DNA from: Patescibacteria group bacterium
Lineage (GTDB): Bacteria; Patescibacteriota; Patescibacteriia; Magasanikbacterales; UBA922
Direction: 5' to 3'
Assembly (NCBI GenBank): GCA_041651535.1
Contig: JBAZIZ010000003.1
Span: 83,357-147,356, forward strand
DNA: 64,000 bases
Positions 37,761 to 46,410 of this stretch are shown here, in pieces. Every line of letters begins with the position of its first letter. Within the stretch, counting starts at the first letter, position 1. A program made the translations under genes and the position numbers. The notes below the pieces were generated by a model that searched no databases, was not told where the DNA came from, and saw only the letters and a list, made by a program, of their open reading frames with translations.

Positions 37761-38225
37761 TTAAACTAATTTATTTTTTATTTCATACATCGCTATTCCA
37801 GCTGCTACACTGACATTTAGACTTTCTTTTTTACCATACATCGGAATATGCGAAATATTATCACAAATTTTTAAAATATTTTTTTTCACACCATCAACTT
37901 CATTACCAACTATCAAAGCAACATCTTTTTCTATTTTTAATTTCTTTAATTCCTGACTATTTTCGTTTTTTTCTAACGCCACAATTTGAAATCCTTTCTT
38001 TTTTAGACTGACAATCAATCTTTTTAAATCTTTTTTACTTTCCCAAGGCATCCACTTTTCTGCACCAAGAGATACTTTATCAATTTGTGGTTTTGGTGGA
38101 TGAGAAGTGTAACCAACTAAAAAAAGTTTATCTACTCCGCAGGCATCAGCTGTTCGAAACATGGCACCGACATTATGACAGGATCTAATATCAGGTAAAA
38201 TTAAGTAAAATTTCTTGTTTTTCAT
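37761..38225 (-). CDS. SpoU/TrmH-family RNA 2'-O-methyltransferase (TrmL-like)
   Basis: 154 aa. CHNVGAMFRTADACGVD, and LIVGNEVDG plus SLNVSVAAGIA in the SPOUT knot region. Confidence 0.75.
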   Translation of the reverse strand: MKNKKFYLILPDIRSCHNVGAMFRTADACGVDKLFLVGYTSHPPKPQIDKVSLGAEKWMPWESKKDLKRLIVSLKKKGFQIVALEKNENSQELKKLKIEKDVALIVGNEVDGVKKNILKICDNISHIPMYGKKESLNVSVAAGIAMYEIKNKLV

Positions 38226-38279
38226 ATTAAAACAATTATAACATAATGAGGAGGAAAAAGTAAAAAGGAGAAAGAAAAA

Positions 38280-39278
38280 ATGGTTTTACTTTTTAAACAT
38301 AAAATGATAAAATTAAAATGTATGACCGAAAAAGAAGGAATTCTACAACTCCAAAAATCTTTTGGCATTAATCCTATTTTTTCTAGGATAATTTTTGATA
38401 AAATAAAAAAAGATAATTTAATAGAAGACGCTGCAAAGATTATTGCAGAAAGACCAAAACCTTTTGTAAAATGGGTTGGAGGAAAACGCCAACTTTTAAA
38501 ACAATTTAAAGAGCTTGGATTATATCCTCCAGATGAATTTAATCCTTTAAAACACACTTATTTTGAGCCTTTTGTTGGTGGTGGGGCTGTATTTCTTGAT
38601 TTATTACCAAAAAATGCGGTTATTTCTGATTTAAATTCCGATCTCATTACGACTTATAAAGTAGTTAAAAATGATGTTGAAAAATTGATAAAATTATTAA
38701 AAACATATAAATATAGTAAAGATTTCTTTTTAAAAATTAGAAGTCAAAAATCTTCTAGTCTTTCTGAAATTCAAATCGCGGCGAGATTTATTTATTTAAA
38801 CAGAACTTGTTTTAATGGCTTGTATAGAGTTAATAGCAAGGGAGAATTTAATGTTCCGTTTGGAAAATACAATAATCCACTTATTTGTGATGAAGATAAT
38901 TTAAAAAAAATATCCAAAGCTCTAAAAAATGTAAAAATTTATAATGAAGACTATAAAAATGTTTTAAAAAGATCTAAAAAAGGAGATTTTATTTATTTTG
39001 ATCCTCCTTATTATCCAATAAACAAAACTTCATCATTTACTTCTTACACCTCAAAGGAATTTTTAGAAAAAGAACAATTGGAACTCAGAGATACCTTTTT
39101 AGAATTACACAGAAGGGGTTGCTTTGTGATGCTTTCAAATTCTAACACTCCTTTTATAAATAAAATTTATTCTGATTTTAAAGGGATTAAAATTAATAAA
39201 ATAGAAGCAAACAGAAATATAAATTCTAAAGCTTCGGGAAGAGGCAAAATAAAAGAAGTTTTAATCATTAATTATTAA
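38280..39278 (+). CDS. Dam-family DNA N6-adenine methyltransferase (GATC-type, MboIA/DpnM-like)
   Basis: 332 aa. KWVGGKRQLL, EPFVGGGAVF (motif I), IYFDPPYYP (motif IV). Confidence 0.85.
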   Translation: MVLLFKHKMIKLKCMTEKEGILQLQKSFGINPIFSRIIFDKIKKDNLIEDAAKIIAERPKPFVKWVGGKRQLLKQFKELGLYPPDEFNPLKHTYFEPFVGGGAVFLDLLPKNAVISDLNSDLITTYKVVKNDVEKLIKLLKTYKYSKDFFLKIRSQKSSSLSEIQIAARFIYLNRTCFNGLYRVNSKGEFNVPFGKYNNPLICDEDNLKKISKALKNVKIYNEDYKNVLKRSKKGDFIYFDPPYYPINKTSSFTSYTSKEFLEKEQLELRDTFLELHRRGCFVMLSNSNTPFINKIYSDFKGIKINKIEANRNINSKASGRGKIKEVLIINY

Positions 39279-39285
39279 TTTTTAT

Positions 39286-40143
39286 ATGAAAAAAGATTTT
39301 AACAAACTAACAAACACATTCAAAAGTTCAATTAAAACCTGGGATTATTTTGTAAACTGGGAGAAGGTTTTCTTAAACAAATCAGAATTAGAAATAACTC
39401 TTAATAAACTAAATTATTTACTAGGTAAAGACAATTTAAAAGATGAATTTAAAAAACTTTTTATCTCTAATCCTGATATTATAAAAGCTTTTCCTGTATT
39501 ATTAGCTGTCAGAGATAATAAACTTGAAGTATTTGACAAGGTGACAAAAAATTCTGAGTTTTTTGATTTTTCGCAAACAGATAAAAACTATGAAAAGTAT
39601 TTTTTATTCCTTAAAAATTCTGGACTTGATAAACTTTTTCAAAAAGACGGAATTAAAAATCTTGTTGATTATGTAATGGGGGTTGAAGTTGGGCTTGATA
39701 GTAATGGTAGAAAAAACCGAGGAGGTTCATTAATGGAAGAAATAGTTGAATCTTTTATTTCTGATTTTTGTAAAAATAAAGGGTTTGAATATGCTACTCA
39801 AGCTAGGTCTAGTGCAATAAAAAGTAAGTGGGGTGTAAATGTAAAAATAAATAAATCAGAAAGAAGTTTTGATTTTGCTATTTATAATCCTAAAAGTAAA
39901 AAGATTAAATTGTTTGAAACAAATTTTTATAATGGGGGTGGTTCAAAACTAAAAGCAGTTTGCGGGGAATTTAAAAGTCTTTATACAGAACTTAAAGAAC
40001 AAAGTATAGATTTTATTTGGATAACTGATGGCTTAGGTTGGTTTACAGCCAAAAGACCTCTTGAAGAAACATATAATCATAACGAATACATTTTTAATTT
40101 GAATATGCTTGGGGAAGGAATTTTGAATGAATTAAAATGGTAA
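39286..40143 (+). CDS. Type II restriction endonuclease, DpnII/MboI family (GATC)
   Basis: 285 aa. Blocks LVDYVMGVEVGLDSNGRKNRGG, FDFAIYNPKSKKIKLFETNFYNGGGSKLKAV and FIWITDGLGWFTAKRPLEETY match my recollection of DpnII-family REases. Confidence 0.8.
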   Translation: MKKDFNKLTNTFKSSIKTWDYFVNWEKVFLNKSELEITLNKLNYLLGKDNLKDEFKKLFISNPDIIKAFPVLLAVRDNKLEVFDKVTKNSEFFDFSQTDKNYEKYFLFLKNSGLDKLFQKDGIKNLVDYVMGVEVGLDSNGRKNRGGSLMEEIVESFISDFCKNKGFEYATQARSSAIKSKWGVNVKINKSERSFDFAIYNPKSKKIKLFETNFYNGGGSKLKAVCGEFKSLYTELKEQSIDFIWITDGLGWFTAKRPLEETYNHNEYIFNLNMLGEGILNELKW

Positions 40144-40149
40144 ATTCTT

Positions 40150-40899
40150 ATGGCCAACAAAAAACAGAGACTTCATCCTGATAATTTTGAAATGGAGTGT
40201 ACCACTGTTTGGTCGTTTCCACGACGCGGTAATTGGGCGACACATAAATCGGATTGGAGAGGAAATTGGGCACCTGAAGTAGTGCGCAATTTAATTTTAC
40301 GTTATTCAAAAGAAAAAGATCATTTATTAGACTGTATGATTGGCGGTGGAACGACTGCTATTGAAGCAAAAATTTTAAATAGACATATCACCTGTGTTGA
40401 TATTAATGAACAAGCTGTCAAAAGAACGATAGAATCATTAAAATTTGAAATAAATAATAAAGCAAAACAAAGAATTGTAAAATGTGATGCAAGAAAAATG
40501 GATTTTATTAAAAATAATGAAATTGATTTTGTTCTCACCCATCCCCCTTACGCAGACATAATAAAATATAGTAATGGAAAAATAAAAGAAGATCTTTCCA
40601 ATATTCACGACATAGATGAATTTGTAAATCAAACTGGATTAGTAGCAAAAGAACTTTACAGAGTTTTAAAATCAGGAAAATTTTGTGCGATTTTAATTGG
40701 AGATACTCGCAGAAATAAAATGTATCAACCAATTGCTTTCCGAGTGATGGCTGAATTTATTAAAGTTGGTTTTAAATTAAAAGAAGACATAATAAAAAAA
40801 CAACACAATTGCAAAGCAACTGGTTTTTGGGTTAATAAGTCAAAAGAATTAAATTTTTTACTAATAATGCACGAACATTTATTTATTTTTCAAAAGTAA
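40150..40899 (+). CDS. Second DNA methyltransferase of the cassette (DpnA/MboIC-like N6-adenine MTase)
   Basis: 249 aa. Motif I LDCMIGGGTTAIEA and motif IV FVLTHPPYADI. Gene order M-R-M matches the mboA-mboB-mboC arrangement. Confidence 0.7.
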   Translation: MANKKQRLHPDNFEMECTTVWSFPRRGNWATHKSDWRGNWAPEVVRNLILRYSKEKDHLLDCMIGGGTTAIEAKILNRHITCVDINEQAVKRTIESLKFEINNKAKQRIVKCDARKMDFIKNNEIDFVLTHPPYADIIKYSNGKIKEDLSNIHDIDEFVNQTGLVAKELYRVLKSGKFCAILIGDTRRNKMYQPIAFRVMAEFIKVGFKLKEDIIKKQHNCKATGFWVNKSKELNFLLIMHEHLFIFQK

Positions 40900-40983
40900 T
40901 AATTAAAAACAATATATATTGTGGATAATTTTTGGAAAAACACAATTAAATAAAAAACAAAATATAATTTTTAATAAAAAAAT

Positions 40984-41328
40984 ATGTCCAAAAAAAGAAT
41001 CTTAATCGCAATTTTAACCGGAGCATTACTTGGAATTTTTTGTATAATCGGAATAAGCGTACGACTTGGTTTTGCAGGAAACGAATTATTTATTTTTTCT
41101 ACTTGGCTAAATAGAGTTATCATGGGTTTAGTAATAGGATTAGCACCATATTATGAAATAAAAAATAATACTAAAAATATTTTACTTCGCGGAGCATTTT
41201 TAGGTTTTATAATCAGTGGATCTTTTTTCCTTGCTACAAATTTCCGAGATGTCCCTGGTTTTATCGCTGGAATTTTTTATGGAATAATTATAGATTTTAT
41301 TGCTAGTAAAAGTGTAAAAAATAATTAA
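40984..41328 (+). CDS. Small membrane protein (3-4 TM), hypothetical
   Basis: 114 aa, hydrophobic throughout. Confidence 0.5.
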   Translation: MSKKRILIAILTGALLGIFCIIGISVRLGFAGNELFIFSTWLNRVIMGLVIGLAPYYEIKNNTKNILLRGAFLGFIISGSFFLATNFRDVPGFIAGIFYGIIIDFIASKSVKNN

Positions 41329-41338
41329 TATCAAAAAA

Positions 41339-41367
41339 TTGACAACTTATTTTTTCTCAATTATAAT
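41339..41367 (+). promoter_or_regulatory. Perfect consensus sigma70 promoter TTGACA, 17 nt, TATAAT
   Basis: TTGACA at 41339..41344, a 17-nt spacer, TATAAT at 41362..41367. Confidence 0.55.
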
Positions 41368-41374
41368 TTAATCA

Positions 41375-41548
41375 GACAATTCAATAAAAAAATTTATTCA
41401 GAGTGCAGTTAGGGAACTAGCCCGATGACCTGCCGACAACCTATCTCAAAAAAGACAAGGTGCCAATTCTAGCCCAAAAGGGGAAGATAAAAAATGTTTT
41501 TTGTTTTTAGTAAAAATATCTTTCCCAACAGGAAAGATTTTATTTTTC
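41375..41548 (+). ncRNA. Unidentified small RNA or cis-regulatory leader (~175 nt)
   Basis: Runs from the consensus promoter to an intrinsic terminator (ATCTTTCC-CAACA-GGAAAGAT + T-run, 41516..41548). Contains locally GC-rich segments (AGGGAACTAGCCCGATGACCTGCCGAC, GACAAGGTGCC, TAGCCCAAAAGGGG) and no ORF. Ends about 70 nt before the next CDS. Confidence 0.4.
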
Positions 41549-41620
41549 ATTAAAAATATATGCTATAAACAAAAAATTGAAACTTCTGTTCTTTACTATT
41601 AACAAAATAAAAATAATTTT

Positions 41621-42004
41621 ATGAAAAAAACTTTAGCCGAAATAGAAAACTGGGCAACTAAACTCACTGCCACACAAATAGACCAATTACCAGAAGAAGA
41701 AATAATCGAATATATAATGGAAAGACCTGGACATCCAGGACAATATGGTTTTATGTTAGGACCTGAATCTTTTAAATCAATAGAAGAATTTTCAACTATA
41801 TTTTCCGCTCTAATGAACAGATTAAATAAAATAGAAAATTTAGAAAATAAAATGACTAGTAATAAAGAAAAAACTGAGATCAACTTAGTAAGTTTGCAAA
41901 ATTATCTTCAAGGAAGAAAATGGGAGGAATTAACGAAGGAAGAACAACTAAACATATCTGGGGAAATATTAAAAATGATATTCCCAAACTTACCGAAGAA
42001 ATAA
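41621..42004 (+). CDS. Hypothetical protein (127 aa)
   Basis: Longest ORF in the region. The antisense ORF 41599..41883 looks compositionally spurious. No SD and no recognised family. Confidence 0.4.
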   Translation: MKKTLAEIENWATKLTATQIDQLPEEEIIEYIMERPGHPGQYGFMLGPESFKSIEEFSTIFSALMNRLNKIENLENKMTSNKEKTEINLVSLQNYLQGRKWEELTKEEQLNISGEILKMIFPNLPKK

Positions 42005-42076
42005 ATAAAAAATAATTTTTTGACTTTCTTTAATTTGTGTCATAAAATATAAGTATAATAAAAAAATAAAAATTAT

Positions 42077-42499
42077 ATGAAAATTAGATCTGCAAATAAA
42101 TCGGACATGAAAAATGTTGAAAAATTATTGAATTTACCAGAATTAAAAATGGCAACAGGTGAAAATATTTCTGCTAAAATACTATCCAAATATTTAGATA
42201 AAAAATTTTTTTTAGTAGCTGAAGAAAACAAAGAAATTATTGGTACTGTTATGGGAGAAAGATTAAAAAATGGTGGTTTATCTCTCTGGTATCTTGCCGT
42301 TAAAAAAGATGCAAGAGAAAAAGGTGTGGGGTCAGCATTAATTGATAAAATTGAAAAAAATATGATTTCTGAAAAAAAAGATTGGATAATCTTATACGCA
42401 CCAATAAAAAATCAAAAAACTATACGATTTTATAAAAAAAGAGGTTACAATAAAGGAATAACTCACGTTGAATTTTTAAAATATTTAGACAAAAAATAA
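42077..42499 (+). CDS. GNAT-family N-acetyltransferase
   Basis: 140 aa. Acetyl-CoA binding motif REKGVGSALIDKIE (Q/RxxGxG/A) and a C-terminal RFYKKRGY. Confidence 0.75.
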   Translation: MKIRSANKSDMKNVEKLLNLPELKMATGENISAKILSKYLDKKFFLVAEENKEIIGTVMGERLKNGGLSLWYLAVKKDAREKGVGSALIDKIEKNMISEKKDWIILYAPIKNQKTIRFYKKRGYNKGITHVEFLKYLDKK

Positions 42500-42556
42500 A
42501 ATAATCTTTTTATTATTTAAAAATTCCTAAATCTGAAATTAAAAATCTAAAATCTT

Positions 42557-43522
42557 ATGTCTCTTAAAAAAAATTTAATAAATTTTTTAGAATATCTCGA
42601 AATAGAAAAAAATCGCAGTCCAAAAACTGTGGAAAATTATAATTTTTATTTAGGTCGTTTTATTGAATGGTTTGGTGACAAATCTGCTGACGCTATAAAA
42701 TCTGAAGATGTTCGTCAATATCGTTTATGGTTAAACAGACTGGTTGATGTTCATGGCGAAGCTCTTAAAAAAAATACACAAAATTATCATCTTATCGCTT
42801 TACGATCTTTTTTGAAATATTTATCAAAACAAGACGTTGAAACTTTAGCTCCAGAAAAAATTGAACTTATGAAAATGCCAGACAGACAGGTGGACTTTTT
42901 AGACAACAGTGATTTAAACAGAATTTTAGAAGCACCGTTTAAAAATATAAATAAAAAAAAATTAGAAGAAGAAGGAGAAAAAAAAGGAATGTCCGCTACT
43001 TTACTCATTGCTTACCGTGATAAAGCTCTTTTGGAACTTTTGTTTTCTACAGGACTTCGTGTTTCCGAAGCTGCCAAATTAAAAAAAACTGATATAAATC
43101 TTAATCGCGATGAATTTACAGTTAGAGGAAAAGGAATGAAAAGTCGTATCGTATTTTTGTCTGAACAAGCAAAATATTTTTTAAAAAAATATTTGGAAAT
43201 CCGTGCTGATATGAATCCACATCTTTTTATTTCTCATGACAAAAGAACAAAAAAAGAAGACAATGATTCTTTTTTAACTCCACGATCTATCGAAAGAATT
43301 GTCCAAAAACATGCACGAGAAGCTGGAATTACAAAAACTGTCACTCCACACACACTTCGCCATTCTTATGCGACTGATTTGTTACAAAATGGTGCTGATA
43401 TCCGAAGCGTCCAAGCGATGCTCGGTCATTCTTCTATTACCACTACTCAAATTTACACTCACATTACAGACAAAGAATTACGAAACATTCACAAAAAATT
43501 TCATGACAAAGGAAGAAAGTAA
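42557..43522 (+). CDS. xerC: Tyrosine recombinase, XerC/XerD family
   Basis: 321 aa. N-terminal SAM-like domain. C-terminal catalytic R..HxxR..Y is intact: HTLRHSYATDLL...GHSSITTTQIYTH. Confidence 0.85.
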   Translation: MSLKKNLINFLEYLEIEKNRSPKTVENYNFYLGRFIEWFGDKSADAIKSEDVRQYRLWLNRLVDVHGEALKKNTQNYHLIALRSFLKYLSKQDVETLAPEKIELMKMPDRQVDFLDNSDLNRILEAPFKNINKKKLEEEGEKKGMSATLLIAYRDKALLELLFSTGLRVSEAAKLKKTDINLNRDEFTVRGKGMKSRIVFLSEQAKYFLKKYLEIRADMNPHLFISHDKRTKKEDNDSFLTPRSIERIVQKHAREAGITKTVTPHTLRHSYATDLLQNGADIRSVQAMLGHSSITTTQIYTHITDKELRNIHKKFHDKGRK

Positions 43523-43560
43523 AACGATTTTAGATTCTAGAATTTGGATTTTAGAATTAA

Positions 43561-43595
43561 AAAACCTTGTCTAAATTTTAGATAAGGTTTTTTGT
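43561..43595 (+). terminator. Rho-independent terminator after xer (copy 1 of a duplicated terminator module)
   Basis: AACCTTGTCTA-AATTTT-AGATAAGGTT + TTTTTG. A near-identical module occurs at 57598..57631. Confidence 0.6.
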
Positions 43596-43647
43596 TTAAA
43601 ACTTTTTTTTAAAAATAATTCTAAAATCTTAAATCATAAATCTAGAA

Positions 43648-44385
43648 TTATTTGTTTCCTATTTTTTCAAAAGCTCGCAAAATTTCAAGTGGAATTGCAA
43701 AAATAACTGTATTTGATTGATCAGAACTTAAATCATTTAAAGTATTTAAAGTACGAAGATGCAAAGCGCCATCTTGTGAGCTCAACATTTTAGCTGCAAT
43801 TGCTAATTTTTCAGCAGCAATAACTTCACCTTCAGATTTTATAATCACTGCTCTTTTTTCTCTTTCGGCTTCTGCTTGTTTAGCAATCACTCTTTGCATA
43901 TCATCAGGTAAAATTACATCTTTAAGTTCTACACCATTTACTTTTATTCCCCATGGATCTGTCGCTTCATCAACTATTTCTTTGATTCTTTTTGCTGCTT
44001 GTTCTCGATTCGCTAAAAGTTCATCAAGTTCAAGCTCACCAACCACATTTCTCATAGTAGTTTGCGCAAGTTGGCTAACTGCATACCAAAAATTTTCTAC
44101 TTCTAAAATTGCTTTAGAGGCATCGGAAACTTGATAATAAATTACTGCATTAATTTTTGCTGAAACATTATCTTTGGTAATTGCCTCTTGCAATGGAACA
44201 TCTACCGCTTTGACACGAATATCTACTTTTGTCATACTCTGAATAATTGGAAAAACTAATCTCCAACCTGGTTCAATCATGCCAGAATATTTTCCTAAAG
44301 TAAATTTTACTCCTCTTTGATATTGATTTACCTGTTTAATACTTACTAAAAGTAAAACAAGCAAAACAATTAAAAAAACTTCCAT
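43648..44385 (-). CDS. SPFH/band-7 (stomatin/prohibitin-like) membrane protein
   Basis: 245 aa. N-terminal TM and an SPFH core (YQRGVKFTLGKYSGMIEPGWRLVFPIIQSMTKVDIRVKAVDVP). Confidence 0.8.
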   Translation of the reverse strand: MEVFLIVLLVLLLVSIKQVNQYQRGVKFTLGKYSGMIEPGWRLVFPIIQSMTKVDIRVKAVDVPLQEAITKDNVSAKINAVIYYQVSDASKAILEVENFWYAVSQLAQTTMRNVVGELELDELLANREQAAKRIKEIVDEATDPWGIKVNGVELKDVILPDDMQRVIAKQAEAEREKRAVIIKSEGEVIAAEKLAIAAKMLSSQDGALHLRTLNTLNDLSSDQSNTVIFAIPLEILRAFEKIGNK

Positions 44386-44581
44386 AAAATTAAATCATTT
44401 TTATAAAAACTAGATGGCTAGTTATAATTAAGTTTAGATTATATAGAGATAATTGTCAAAATTATCTAATCGAAAGTTACGTTATTAATAAAATTTTATT
44501 AATAACATGTCTTTCGACATTTAACTTTAGACATTCGACTCTTCTATGGTATACTAAAATAAATAATTAGATAAATTTTTT

Positions 44582-45649
44582 ATGAAAAAAATATTTTTAA
44601 TCTCTTTTTTTCTTATTTTTAATTTATTTTGGACAATAAACTGTCAAGCTGAGGAAAATAATAACCAAAATCAAGAAATAAAAAAAATAAATGCTACTGT
44701 GATTTTTGTAGGAGAAAATTCAGTTCGCATCAAAGATAATCAGGGCAATCACTATGAAGTGGATCAAAGTTTTGAAACTGGCAGTAGCGAAAAAGTAGAA
44801 AAAGGTATGAATGTTAAAGCAGAATTAATAACTATGCAAGATGGTTCTATTCGTTGTGTAATCAGTGATATAAACAGACTAGAAAAAATTTGGATTTTTA
44901 TTATAATTTTTGTTTTTTCAGTTTTTTGTTTTTTAAGAAAGCAGGGTTTAATCGCTTTATTAAATTTAGCAATTACTTTTTTATTTGTTATTTTTTTTAT
45001 AATACCTCTTGTAATAAAAGGTTATAATCCGTTAATATCAACTATAATCGGCACTTCACTTGCAATGACTGTTATGTTTTTTACTTTGTATGGCAAAACA
45101 AAAAAAACTTTAGCAATCAGTTTTTCAGCATTAATCAGTTTGATAATTTCTACAATTTTTTCTTGGTTATTTATCAAATTTACTTATCTGACAGGTTTTG
45201 CTAGTGATGAAGCTACTTATTTAGTTACTGCTGGTTATGGACATATTGATATGAAAGGTTTACTTTTAGCTGCATTTTTAATCGGAATTATGGGAACTTT
45301 GGATGATATTATTATCAATCAAGTTTCAATTATTGAAAGTTTAAAAAAAATTAATCCAAAAATGAAATCTTGGGAAGCTTATCGTGAAGCTATGAAAATA
45401 GGTCGAGATCACATGTCTTCGATGATCAATACTTTAATTTTTGCTTATGCTGGGGCAGCTTTTCCACTGCTGATTTTATTTTATTTAAAAAATCCTCCTT
45501 TTGATTCAGTGAATTCTATTTTAAATAATGAAATAGTTGCAACTGAAATTGTTCGGATGATCGTTGGCTCAATGTCTTTACTTTTTGCCACACCAATTTC
45601 AAGTTATTTAGCCGTCAAATTCTTTTTGACAAAAAACAAACAACGTTGA
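44582..45649 (+). CDS. YibE/F-family-like integral membrane protein with N-terminal exported domain
   Basis: 355 aa. Signal peptide, a ~90-aa soluble domain, then 6-7 TM with a conserved GTLDDIIINQ block. Confidence 0.5.
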   Translation: MKKIFLISFFLIFNLFWTINCQAEENNNQNQEIKKINATVIFVGENSVRIKDNQGNHYEVDQSFETGSSEKVEKGMNVKAELITMQDGSIRCVISDINRLEKIWIFIIIFVFSVFCFLRKQGLIALLNLAITFLFVIFFIIPLVIKGYNPLISTIIGTSLAMTVMFFTLYGKTKKTLAISFSALISLIISTIFSWLFIKFTYLTGFASDEATYLVTAGYGHIDMKGLLLAAFLIGIMGTLDDIIINQVSIIESLKKINPKMKSWEAYREAMKIGRDHMSSMINTLIFAYAGAAFPLLILFYLKNPPFDSVNSILNNEIVATEIVRMIVGSMSLLFATPISSYLAVKFFLTKNKQR

Positions 45650-45674
45650 CAAAAATATATTTTTCCGCTATAAT
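45646..45674 (+). promoter_or_regulatory. Perfect consensus sigma70 promoter TTGACA, 17 nt, TATAAT for tRNA-Arg
   Basis: TTGACA at 45646..45651 (overlaps the stop of the upstream CDS), a 17-nt spacer, TATAAT at 45669..45674. Confidence 0.55.
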
Positions 45675-45693
45675 TTTTTCGTGTTTAAAAAAC

Positions 45694-45765
45694 GCTCCGA
45701 TAGTTCAATGGATAGAACACAAGCCTTCTAAGCTTGGGATGTAGGTTCGATTCCTACTCGGGGTA
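45694..45765 (+). tRNA. tRNA-Arg (anticodon UCU)
   Basis: GCTCCGA-TA-GTTC-AATGGATA-GAAC-A-CAAGC-CTTCTAA-GCTTG-GGAT-GTAGG-TTCGATT-CCTAC-TCGGGGT-A. 72 nt. The acceptor stem has two G-U pairs. Confidence 0.8.
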
Positions 45766-45766
45766 C

Positions 45767-45797
45767 AAAAAAATCCGTTCAAAACGGATTTTTTATT
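45767..45797. terminator. Bidirectional rho-independent terminator
   Basis: AAAAATCCGTT-CAAA-AACGGATTTTT. Lies between tRNA-Arg and the convergent lipoprotein gene. Confidence 0.6.
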
Positions 45798-46209
45798 TAG
45801 CACAATCAGAAAGCATATAATCTGGAAAATTATACTTTGATAAAGTGCAATCTATTTGTCCATTACCCGCAAAAACAATTTCCCAATTATTTTCTATTTT
45901 TGTCGCTAAAAAAATAATCCCAGGCATTTTTTCTACAAAAATTATGCCTCCACGAGCAAAATTTGCTTCAAATTTATCAATTCTGACTTGTAAAGTTTTT
46001 TGATATTTTGGATATTTATCAATAAAAAGTTTCTGTAATTCAGCCTGTGCGTCTTCTTTTTCTTTGAGATTGTTTTGGTCAATTTTATTTTGATTTTCTA
46101 AAATATTTTTTTCTTCTTTTTTAGAATCAAAAACTGACAAATTACAAGCAGAAAAAAATAAAGATATAAAAAATAAAAAAATAAATATAATGATTTTATT
46201 GTTTTTCAT
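45793..46209 (-). CDS. Putative lipoprotein (138 aa)
   Basis: Signal peptide with a lipobox-like LFFSAC. Confidence 0.5.
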   Translation of the reverse strand: MKNNKIIIFIFLFFISLFFSACNLSVFDSKKEEKNILENQNKIDQNNLKEKEDAQAELQKLFIDKYPKYQKTLQVRIDKFEANFARGGIIFVEKMPGIIFLATKIENNWEIVFAGNGQIDCTLSKYNFPDYMLSDCAK

Positions 46210-46410
46210 AAAATGATTTTAATTAAACAATTTCATTATATTTTAAAAAAGAAATAAAGTAAAATTTAATTTAAATAGATAAGACAAAAATTGTCTTCCC
46301 TTCCCTGCTCTATTTTTTATATTATAAAACAAATAGTTAAAATAAATATAAAATTTTTGTAAAATAAAAAACATTCTGTGGATAAGAATGTTTTTTTATT
46401 TAAATTTTTA

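Noticed and set aside
41375-41548. Tried to assign the promoter-to-terminator transcript to SRP RNA, tmRNA, or the fluoride, TPP or guanidine riboswitches
   Set aside because: None of the remembered consensus cores are present in recognisable form, so it is left as an unidentified ncRNA.
41599-41883. Minus-strand 94-aa ORF overlapping 41621..42004
   Set aside because: Low-complexity, Ser/Ile-rich product typical of antisense translation of AT-rich coding DNA. The plus-strand ORF is longer and fits the intergenic spacing.
42557-43522. Considered calling the recombinase plus flanking repeats an insertion sequence or transposon
   Set aside because: The protein is a Xer/phage-integrase-type tyrosine recombinase, not a transposase. 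The flanking repeats are members of a family found at many promoter regions, not terminal inverted repeats of an IS. Kept as a CDS with an island hypothesis only.
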